From assembly GCA_964016885.1 (NCBI GenBank), contig OZ024741.1, positions 393,886,001-393,950,000 of the forward strand: a stretch of 64,000 nucleotides of DNA, given 5' to 3'. Below the pieces are notes generated by a model, which worked only from the letters and a program-made list of their open reading frames with translations, had not been told where the DNA came from and did not search any database. This document shows, one piece after another, positions 52,234 to 64,000 of this stretch (position 1 is its first letter; the number at the start of each line of letters is the position of its first letter). Source of the stretch: Eledone cirrhosa. Lineage: Eukaryota. The position numbers and the translations under genes were made by a program.

Positions 52234-52615
52234 GTGAGATGGTGATATTGGGGGTATTCTAATATAGATCCTGGTAAAGATGAGAGAAAATCGATGCTAT
52301 CCAATTTCCTTGATACACCAGTAATTCGAAATCGGTTAAAGATTTTCCCAGCTGTTGGAGATTCTGTGGTAGACTGTAAAATTGTTTTGATCGTTACGCA
52401 GCCTTCAGACCTCGTGTGCAAATTAATGTTAGCGTAACTTTCAAAAATATGTTAGTAAAATTAATTACGAAACTATTTTTCATCTAGACGCAGGGTTAAT
52501 ACTGTAGGTTATATATTTACTTAAGTATAATAATAAGTATTTTCAGTTCCCCGTTAAATTAATAATTATAACATTGTTTTTTTTTTATATGCCTATTTTT
52601 ATACATACATTTGGA

Positions 52616-55600
52616 TAGGGGGGGGGGGTGATAAATATGCCTTTTTTCCGGGCCCCCTTTAAAATATGTAGTAGCCCATACCATTCACTGAAATCATACT
52701 ATAACATTTTCCCGCGTGCCGGAGCCCCCCTGTACATACCCCCTGAAGTTGAGGATGGTCGAAAAGAAGGAAAAGTCCGCTATTATTGTACCTATACTCG
52801 ATATTTTTTCGTCACAATGGGGGTTTGGGGGGTCGATAAACTCATTTATGGTATTGTTTTTGCATTACGACCATCCAATATGCTGGAAATCCAGGATAGT
52901 GACCAAAATCCAAGATGGCGACCATAATTCGATATGGCGGGTACAATAATTTTTCACTGCGAGAGTTGTGTTGTCTCATGTAATAAATAGTTTCTCATGT
53001 TTAACGTCTACCGAATTCGTTATTGCTTCGTTCTTTAGCCGAACCTGTATTTCCCCGTGATCCCACATGCACCATATCTTTCGTACTTTCAGATTAACGT
53101 CCAATTTTTGAAATGGCATACAGGCAGACAAAACTACCATTGCGATCGTCCGCGAAGAATATTCTCGGTGAACTGGAATATGTGGAAACTGCAGGATTCC
53201 CCAATGGACTTCTACCCACAAAAAGGAATGTTATTACGAACATGATGTAACTAACGCGACCATCACGAGCAGACCAGAGTCAGAGATCAAAAAAAGAAGC
53301 AGCATTGTCCCTCTCATATGTGCCGATAAAACATATAAAACGGAAAATATTTCAATTATATGCAGAATTTCAACGACTATATCAAACGAGGAAGAACAGG
53401 AGAAATGAAAAATACTTGGAGGAGGTTAAAAAATTTAACAACGAAGTGGATTATATATTTGATATATTCTGTGAGAACGCCGTAGTGAGGAAGAGACTAG
53501 AAAATTACCACGGAGTCAGCATGACGGACGATGAGTGGGAATTCCTTCATGATCAACGCAAGGACCGTGAAATGTTTTGTGAGAATTTCATAGATAAAAA
53601 ATGGGAAAAGACAATGAAAAGGAAGAAAAGTGACATTGAATCTTTGGAAAGACAGATGCAGAGAGCTGAAAAAGAGCAAGAAATGATCCAATTATTTATG
53701 GATGTGTCTTCGGACTCTACCGAAGACAACGAACAAGTTGCGGACGTTGATTTCTCATCTGACAGTGCTCCGTCGGTTCCTAAGAAGCGCAATGTTGTGA
53801 CATCATTGGACTTCGGAGATGATCTTCTACCTCGATGTTTCAGACACTTACGAATCAGTGAGAGGATAATAAAGCCGGAAGTATACGAAACTATCGATGA
53901 ACTGAAATCCATAACTCATATGTCTGAAAATCAGGCTAATGCCGCGATAGTTGTTGTTGGAAATAAATTGTTTGACAGGAAATGGAAGTTATATAACGAA
54001 ATCGATGTGATCGATCTCGATACTTTACCTCATAAACGTAATATTCGAGAGAGCGGAAAAAGTATTGAAATGATGGCACTGGACTGCATAGTTAAGGAAA
54101 TCATTTCTTCAGATACCTACAGCGTGATTACCTATCACGACGACGGGTCCAAAAAACAAGGTGTTGGATCTTTCAGTGTACAGGACATGACAGTTGGTGG
54201 AAAGTACAGAGCGCTGCCTAGTTACCGATAGCGTCTGAATCGCGACAGAACTTGGCTGATTTAAAATTGGCTGTTTTGTCCATACTAGAAGCTGCAAGTG
54301 AGGTACCCGTCAAATTGCTCTTCGAAAAAAAATGATTTTGTGATAACTGATCAGACATCACACAATTTCGAGGTTGAGGCGATCCTAGCTGAAAAACTAG
54401 AGACTGAACACGTTCCAGACCCCCTTTTCTGTAATGTTCATCCTTCCCTCATGTTCAACAGGGTTTTGACTAAGCTATGGTCTGAAATTGAAAACGAAAT
54501 TGGTAGAGACAAAATCTTCTAGAGTTTTCTAGTGAATGCAACTACTAATGCCTCAAGCGTCACAGAGCAAGCCCTCGACTGTATAACAAAATTGATATGC
54601 CATGATTTCGACCACAAAAATTGGAACAAGGCGAATGACTTTGACTCGTTTATACATCCACGCAAAAACAAGTCCGTTTCATTGAAAGATGAACGGTTCA
54701 ATCAGCTTACCATAACTTGTGCAGTTACGCTGTATCACCTAGACGATGTAGCCGCATACGTTCAGAAATTCGAGCATGTAACTAACCAGTTGGCGTGCAT
54801 AGTGCGCTGTTTTATGAATATGGACTTCCTCCGGGTGTTGTTCTGCAGTGGAGCTATCATTGGATTGCATTTGGTAGAGCCATTCTTATCACTCCCGACT
54901 GCACAAGCGACGGACTATCCCAAACTGGCGATAGCCTTCAATAAGATCTACGACGATTTGATACATATTGATCCCAGCAAATCATTATCTACCGACCAAC
55001 CAGCTTTGAGTTTCGTATCAGAAGAACGTTTCAGACAGATCCGATATGATGACGAAATGTGCGATGCGATAAATGCGGCGACCAGCGAGTTGAGAGATGA
55101 TGTACTCAAAGTCATAAAGGTGCTCTTACCGAAGTTGGGTGATGGCTTCCAGAAGCAAAAGGGCGACATATTCGGATTTGAAGAAGCTCGCGATTCTCCA
55201 TACGCCTTATCAAAGATGGACACTGCCAAACTTGAAAAAGCGCCTATTCACAACCTCGATTCAGAAAGAAGCGTGGGCTTTATTAATTACGAATTGACTC
55301 GCCGAGGCGCGAAACAATTGGCCGCCGCTTCTTCATCTCAAGTAAAGATGAAGGCTAAAGACCTGATCGATAATGAGTCGGGGTCTTTCGTCAAATTCAG
55401 GAAGTTGGTTAGAAAAGGGGGACCAAATACCTGAAATTATGAAAGCATGGACTGTAAGACAGGATGAGTTGACACGCGAAGGCCTCGCAACCAAGGAAAA
55501 TGCCAATTTCGCCACCGACAAGCGACGAAACAAGGACCTTGATTATCTCAAATCTGTAGGTGGTCCTTTCACTAAAAAGGAGGAGATAGATACATATATG

Positions 55601-56325
55601 GAGAGCGATACAGCTTCGGAAACATATAAAATAGAAAGGTTGTATTTAGAAATTAGATATGCAAGGGACACTTCGCTATCGATACCAAAAACCAGCGACA
55701 TTTTCAGACTGAAAAGGAATTATCGGAAACTAGATGTGGATACTTACGTGCGAAATCTGGGGGTTTATCTGGAGAAAGTCAGCTGCAAAACGGATGCTAC
55801 TGTTCAGGACTTTAAAGATGCTTTAGATCACTTGTTGAACAATTATAATTTAAAATAAACCAATGATAATGTACCAATGAATCATGCATAATAATTTTTT
55901 CAAGCCATAGACTAGAGTTAAGCTCATTTTGTCTTCGGAAATGCATTTAAAATATGCCATTCATGAAAAATGATATATTAGTCAATATAGTTGGTTCAAT
56001 AACAGTTTACCATATCCGGTATCCTGGATTTCCGGCATGTTGGATGGTCGTAATGCAAAAACAATATCATAAATGAGTTTATCGACCCCCCAAACCCCCC
56101 TTGTAACGAAAGAATATCGAGTATAGGTGCAATAATAGCGGACTTTTCCTTCTTTTCGACCATCCTCCACTTCAGGGGGTATGTACAGGGGGTATGTACA
56201 GGGGGGTTCCGGCTCTCGGGAAAATGTTTTAGTATGATTTCAGTGAATGGTATGGGTCACTACATATTTTAAAGTGGGCCCGGAAATTGAGTCTGCAGAT
56301 TTGTAACTTAACCCCACCCACTCTA
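52616..56325 (+). mobile_element. Complete hAT-related DNA transposon (hATw/hATm-like) with 7-bp TSD
   Basis: Ends are TAG...CTA. ATTTGGA is duplicated at 52609-52615 and 56326-56332. Inverted repeats lie at ~52646-52898 and ~56020-56286. Confidence 0.8.
53113..55858 (+). pseudogene. DDE transposase with CxxH insertion domain, frameshifted
   Basis: Motifs LLPTK, EWEFLHDQR, YHDDGS (D1), ITDQ (D2), FCNVHP (CxxH) and HNLDSERSVG (E). Contains two stops and about three frameshifts. Confidence 0.75.
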
Positions 56326-56426
56326 ATTTGGAGAGCATTCTAATATATATTCGTAATTCTGGAAAATAATTGTTTAATTAGCTATCCTTCTATCTTTAGA
56401 TTTATTGTATTGTATTGTATTGCATT

Positions 56427-59400
56427 ATAAACAATATTAACGCATGTGAAGTATTATATTGTAAACAATATTAAAACATGTGAAGTATTATATCATAAAC
56501 AATATTAACGCATGTGAAGTATTATATTGTAAACAATATTAAAACATGTGAAGTATTATATCATAAACAATATTAACACATGTGAAGTATTATATCATAA
56601 ACAATATTAAAACATGTGAAGTAATATATTGTAAACAATATTAACGCATGTGAAGTATTATATTGTAAACAATATTAAAATATGTGAAGTATTATATCAT
56701 AAACAATATTAACGCATGTGAAGTATTATATTGTAAACAATATTAAAACATGTGAAGTATTATATCATAAACAATATTAACGCATGTGAAGTATTATATT
56801 GTAAACAATATTAAAACATGTGAAGTATTATATTGTAAACAATATTAAAACATGTGAAGTATTATATTGTAAACAATATTAACGCATGTGAAGTATTATA
56901 TCATAAACAATATTAACACATGTGAAGTATTATATTGTAAACAATATTAAAACATGTGAAGTATTATATTGTAAGAAATATTAACACATGTGAAGTATTA
57001 TATTGTAAACAATATTAAAACATGTGAAGTATTATATCATAAACAATATTAACACATGTGAAGTACTATATCATAAACAATATTAAAACATGTGAAGTAT
57101 TATACTGTAAACAATATTAAAACATGTGAAGTATTATATTGTAAACAATATTAAAACATGTGAAGTATTATATTGTAAACAATATTAAAACATGTGAAGT
57201 ATTATATTGTAAACAATATTAACGCATGTGAAGTATTATATCATAAACAATATTAACACATGTGAAGTATTATATTGTAAACAATATTAAAACATGTGAA
57301 GTATTATATTGTAAACAATATTAACACATGTAAAGTATTATATTGTAAACAATATTAAAAAATGTGAAGTATTATATTGTAAACAATATTAAAACATGTG
57401 AAGTATTATATTGTAAACAATATTAACACATGTAAAGTATTATATTGTAAACAATATTAAAACATGTGAAGTATTATATTGTAAACAATATTAAAACATG
57501 TGAAGTATTATATCATAAAAAATATTAACACATGTGAAGTATTATATTGTAAACAATATTAAAACATGTGAAGTATTATATTGTAAACAATATTAACACA
57601 TGTGAAGTATTATATTGTAAACAATATTAACACATGTGAAGTATTATATTGTAAACAATATTAACACATGTAAAGTATTATATTGTAAACAATATTAAAA
57701 CATGTGAAGTATTATATCATAAACAATATTAACGCATGTGAAGTATTATATTGTAAACAATATTAACACTTGTGAAGTATTATATCATAAACAATATTAA
57801 AACATGTGAAGTATTATATTGTAAACAATATTAACACATGTAAAGTATTATATTGTAAACAATATTAAAACATGTGAAGTATTATATCATAAACAATATT
57901 AACACATGTGAAGTGTTTTATTGTAAACAATATTAAAACATGTGAAGTATTATATCATAAACAATATTAACACATGTGAAGTATTATATCATGAACAATA
58001 TTAAAACATGAGAAGTATTATACTGTAAACAATATTAAAACATGTGAAGTATTATATTGTAAACAATATTAAAACATGTGAAGTATTATATTGTAAACCA
58101 TATTAAAAGATGTGAAGTATTATATCATAAACAATATTAACGCATGTGAAGTATTATATTGTAAACAATATTAAAACATGTGAAGTATTATATTGTAAAC
58201 AATATTAAAACATGTGAAGTATTATATTGTAAACAATATTAAAACATGTGAAGTATTATATTGTAAACAATATTAAAACATGTGAAGTATTATATTGTAA
58301 ACAATATTAAAACATGTGAAGTATTATATTGTAAACAATATTAACACATGTGAAGTATTATATTGTAAACAATATTAAAACATGTGAAGTATTATATCAT
58401 AAACAATATTAACACATGTGAAGTATTATATCATAAACAATATTAAAACATGTGAAGTATTATACTGTAAACAATATTAAAACATGTGAAGTATTATATT
58501 GTAAACAATATTAAAACATGTGAAGTATTATATTGTAAACAATATTAAAACATGTGAAGTGTTATATTGTAAACAATATTAACGCATGTGAAGTATTATA
58601 TCATAAACAATATTAACACATGTGAAGTATTATATTGTAAACAATATTAAAACATGTGAAGTATTATATTGTAAAAAATATTAACACATGTGAAGTATTA
58701 TATTGTAAACAATATTAAAACATGTGAAGTATTATATCATAAACAATATTAACACATGTGAAGTATTATATCATAAACAATATTAAAACATGTGAAGTAT
58801 TATACTGTAAACAATATTAACACATGTGAAGTATTATATTGTAAACAATATTAAAACATGTGAAGTATTATATTGTAAACAATATTAAAACATGTGAAGT
58901 ATTATATTGTAAACAATATTAACGCATGTAAAGTATTATATCATAAACAATATTAACACATGTGAAGTATTATATTATAAACAATATTAACACATGTGAA
59001 GTATTATATTGTAAACAATATTAACACATGTAAAGTATTATATTGTAAACAATATTAAAACATGTGAAGTATTATATTGTAAACAATATTAAAACATGTG
59101 AAGTATTATATTGTAAACAATATTAACACATGTAAAGTATTATATTGTAAACAATATTAAAACATGTGAAGTATTATATTGTAAACAATATTAAAACATG
59201 TGAAGTATTATATCATAAACAATATTAACACATGTGAAGTATTATATTGTAAACAATATTAAAACATGTGAAGTATTATATTGTAAACAATATTAACACA
59301 TGTGAAGTATTATATTGTAAACAATATTAACACATGCGAAGTATTATATTGTAAACAATATTAACACATGTAAAGTATTATATTGTAAACAATATTAAAA

Positions 59401-62400
59401 CATGTGAAGTATTATATCATAAACAATATTAACGCATGTGAAGTATTATATTGTAAACAATATTAACACTTGTGAAGTATTATATCATAAACAATATTAA
59501 AACATGTGAAGTATTATATTGTAAACAATATTAACACATGTAAAGTATTATATTGTAAACAATATTAAAACATGTGAAGTATTATATCATAAACAATATT
59601 AACGCATGTGAAGTGTTATATTGTAAACAATATTAAAACATGTGAAGTATTATATCATAAACAATATTAACACATGTGAAGTATTATATCATAAACAATA
59701 TTAAAACTTGTGAAGTATTATATTGTAAACAATATTAACGCATGTGAAGTATGATATTATAAACAATATTAAAACATGTGAAGTATTATATCATAAACAA
59801 TATTAGCACATGTGAAGAATTATATCATAAACAATATTAAAACATGAGAAGTATTATACTGTAAACAATATTAAAACATGTGAAGTATTATATTGTAAAC
59901 AATATTAAAACATGTGAAGTATTATATTGTAAACAATATTAAAACATGTGAAGTATTATATCATAAACAATATTAACGCATGTGAAGTATTATATTGTAA
60001 ACAATATTAAAACATGTGAAGTATTATATTGTAAACAATATTAAAACATGTGAAGTATTATATTGTAAATAATATTAAAACATGTGAAGTATTATATTGT
60101 AAACAATATTAACACATGTGAAGTATTATATTGTAAACAATATTAAAACATGTGAAGTATTATATCATAAACAATATTAACACATGTGAAGTATTATATA
60201 ATAAACAATATTAAAACATGTGAAGTATTATACTGTAAACAATATTAAAACATATGAAGTATTATATTGTAAACAATATTAAAACATGTGAAGTATTATA
60301 TTGTAAACAATATTAAAACATGTGAAGTATTATATTGTAAACAATATTAACGCATGTGAAGTATTATAACATAAACAATATTAACACATGTGAAGTATTA
60401 TATTGTAAACAATATTAAAACATGTGAAGTATTATATTGTAAACAATATTAACACATGTAAAGTATTATATTGTAAACAATATTAAAACATGTGAAGTAT
60501 TATATTGTAAACAATATTAAAACATGTGAAGTATTATATTGTAAACAATATTAACACATGTAAAGTATTATATTGTAAACAATATTAAAACATGTGAAGT
60601 ATTATATTGTAAACAATATTAAAACATGTGAAGTATTATATCATAAACAATATTAACACATGTGAAGTATGATATTGTAAACAATATTAAAACATGTGAA
60701 GTATTATATCATAAACAATATTAACGCATGTGAAGTATTATATTGTAAACAATATTAACACATGTGAAGTATTATATCATAAACAATATTAAAACATGTG
60801 AAGTATTATATTGCAAACAATATTAACGCATGTGAAGTATTATATTGTAAACAATATTAAAACATGTGAAGTATCATATCATAAACAATATTAACGCATG
60901 TGAAGTATTATATTATAAACAATATTAAAACATGTGAAGTATTATATCATAAACAATATTAACACATGTTAATTATTATATCATAAACAATATTAAAACA
61001 TGTGAAGTATTATACTGTAAACAATATTAAAACATGTGAAGTATTATATTGTAAACAATATTAAAACATGTGAAGTATTATATTGTAAACAATATTAAAA
61101 CATGTGAAGTATTATATTGTAAACAATATTAACGCATGTGAAGTATTATATTGTAAACAATATTAAAATATGTGAAGTATTATATCATAAACAATATTAA
61201 CGCATGTGAAGTATTATATTGTAAACAATATTGAAACATGTGAAGTATTATATCATAAACAATATTAACACATGTGAAGTATTATATTGTAAACAATATT
61301 AAAACATGTGAAGTATTATATTGTAAAAAATATTAACACATGTGAAGTATTATATTGTAAACAATATTAAAATATGTGAAGTATTATATCATAAACAATA
61401 TTAACACATGTGAAGTATTATATCATAAACAATATTAAAACATGTGAAGTATTATACTGTAAACAATATTAAAACATGTGAAGTATTATATTGTAAACAA
61501 TATTAAAACATGTGAAGTATTATATTGTAAACAATATTAAAACATGTGAAGTATTATATTGTAAACAATATTAACGCATGTAAAGTATTATATCATAAAC
61601 AATATTAACACATGTGAAGTATTATATTGTAAACAATATTAAAACATGTGAAGTATTATATTGTAAACAATATTAACACATGTAAAGTATTATATTGTAA
61701 ACAATATTAAAACATGTGAAGTATTATATTGTAAACAATATTAAAACATGTGAAGTATTATATTGTAAACAATATTAACACATGTAAAGTATTATATTGT
61801 AAACAATATTAAAACATGTGAAGTATTATATTGTAAACAATATTAAAACATGTGAAGTATTATATCATAAACAATATTAACACATGTGAAGTATTATATT
61901 GTAAACAATATTAAAACATGTGAAGTATTATATTGTAAACAATCTTAACACATGTGAAGTATTATATTGTGAACAATATTAACACATGCGAAGTATTATA
62001 TTGTAAACAATATTAACACATGTAAAGTATTATATTGTAAACAATATGAAAACATGTGAAGTATTATATCATAAACAATATTAACGCATGTGAAGTATTA
62101 TATTGTAAACAATATTAACACTTGTGAAGTATTATATCATAAACAATATTAAAACATGTGAAGTATTATATTGTAAACAATATTAACACATGTAAAGTAT
62201 TATATTGTAAACAATATTAAAACATGTGAAGTATTATATCATAAACAATATTAACACATGTGAAGTATTATATCATAAACAATATTAAAACTTGTGAAGT
62301 ATTATATTGTAAACAATATTAACGCATGTGAAGTATGATATTATAAACAATATTAAAACATGTGAAGTATTATATCATAAACAATATTAACACATGTGAA

Positions 62401-64000
62401 GTATTATATCATAAACAATATTAAAACATGAGAAGTATTATACTGTAAACAATATTAAAACATGTGAAGTATTATATTGTAAACAATATTTACACATGTG
62501 AAGTATTATATTGTAAACAATATTAACACATGTGAAGTATTATATTGTAAACAATATTTACACATGTGAAGTATTATATCATAAACAATATTAAAATATG
62601 TGAAGTATTATATTGTAAACAATATTAACACATGTGAAGTATTATATTGTAAACAATATTAAAACATGTGAAGTATTATATCATAAACAATATTAACGCA
62701 TGTGAAGTATTATATTGTAAACAATATTAAAACATGTAAAGTATTATATCATAAACAATATTAACGCATGTGAAGTATTATATTGTAAACAATATTAAAA
62801 CATGTGAAGTATTATATCATAAACAATATTAACACATGAGAAGTATTATATCATAAACAATATTAAAACATGTGAAGTATTATATTGTAAACAATATTAA
62901 CGCATGTGAAGTATTATATTGTAAACAATATTAAAACATGTGAAGTATTTCATCATAAACAATATTAACGCATGTGAAGTATTATATTGTAAACAATATT
63001 AAAACATGTGAAGTATTATATCATAAACAATATTAAAACATGTGAAGTATTATATTGTAAACAATATTAACGCATGTGAAGTATTATATTGTAAACAATA
63101 TTAAAACATGTGAAGTATTATATCATAAACAATATTAACGCATGTGAAGTATTATATTGTAAACAATATTAAAACATGTGAAGTATTATATCATAAACAA
63201 TATTAACACATGTGAAGTATTATATCATAAACAATATTAAAACATGTGAAGTATTATACTGTAAACAATATTAAAACATGTGAAGTATTATATTGTAAAC
63301 AATATTAAAACATGTGAAGTATTATATTGTAAACAATATTAAAACATGTGAAGTATTATATTGTAAACAATATTAAAACATGTGTAGAATTATATTGTAA
63401 ACAATATTAACACATGTAATGTATTATATTGTAAACAATATTAAAACATGTGAAGTATTATATTGTAAACAATATTAAAACATGTGAAGTATTATATTGT
63501 AAACAATATTAACACATGTAAAGTAATATATTGTAAACAATATTAAAACATGTGAAGTATTATATTGTAGACAATATTAACACATGTGAAGTATTATATT
63601 GTAAACAATATTAAAACATGTGAAGTATTATATTTTAAACAATATTAACACATGTGAAGTATTATATTGTAAACAATATTAAAACATGTGAAGTATTATG
63701 TCATAAACAATATTAACACATGTGAAGTATTATATTGTAAACAATATTAAAACATGTGAAGTATTATATTGTAAACAATATTAAAACATGTGAAGTATGA
63801 TATCATAAACAATATTAACGCATGTGAAGTATTATATTATAAACAATATTAAAACATGTGAAGTATTATATCATAAACAATATTAACACATGTGAAGTAT
63901 TATATGATAAACAATATTAAAACATGTGAAGTATTATATTGTGAACAATATTAAAACATGTGAAGTATTATATTGTAAACAATATTAAAACATGTGAAGT
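56427..64000. repeat. 34-bp tandem satellite, ~220 copies, continuing past the window end
   Basis: Consensus GTAAACAATATTAAAACATGTGAAGTATTATATT with two main variable sites. Confidence 0.97.

Noticed and set aside
52628-52949. Small ORFs mirrored at 55982-56170
   Set aside because: They are by-products of the transposon's inverted repeats.
56427-64000. CRISPR array (repeat length 34 bp)
   Set aside because: Monomers are contiguous with no unique spacers, there are no cas genes, and the context is eukaryotic.

Overview
Eukaryotic, AT-rich, almost entirely repeat-derived DNA. It is most likely a cephalopod (Octopus-like) genome; this is inferred from the SINE families and microsatellite density, not from a search. 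No intact host gene is evident, and most listed ORFs are microsatellite or antisense artefacts. The window contains: several R4/Dong-clade RLE retrotransposons sitting in (TACA)n tracts; a near full-length L1/Tx1-type LINE; RTE fragments with tandem C2H2 fingers and RTE-derived short elements; Penelope-like elements (PLEs) of at least two lineages with a set of hammerhead ribozymes, several with greatly extended stem II and visible covariation; Helitron and Tc1/mariner remnants; SINEs with clear 18-bp TSDs; a complete 3.7-kb hAT-related DNA transposon with a 7-bp TSD and ~250-bp subterminal inverted repeats; and a >7.5-kb 34-bp satellite with higher-order structure that runs off the window end.
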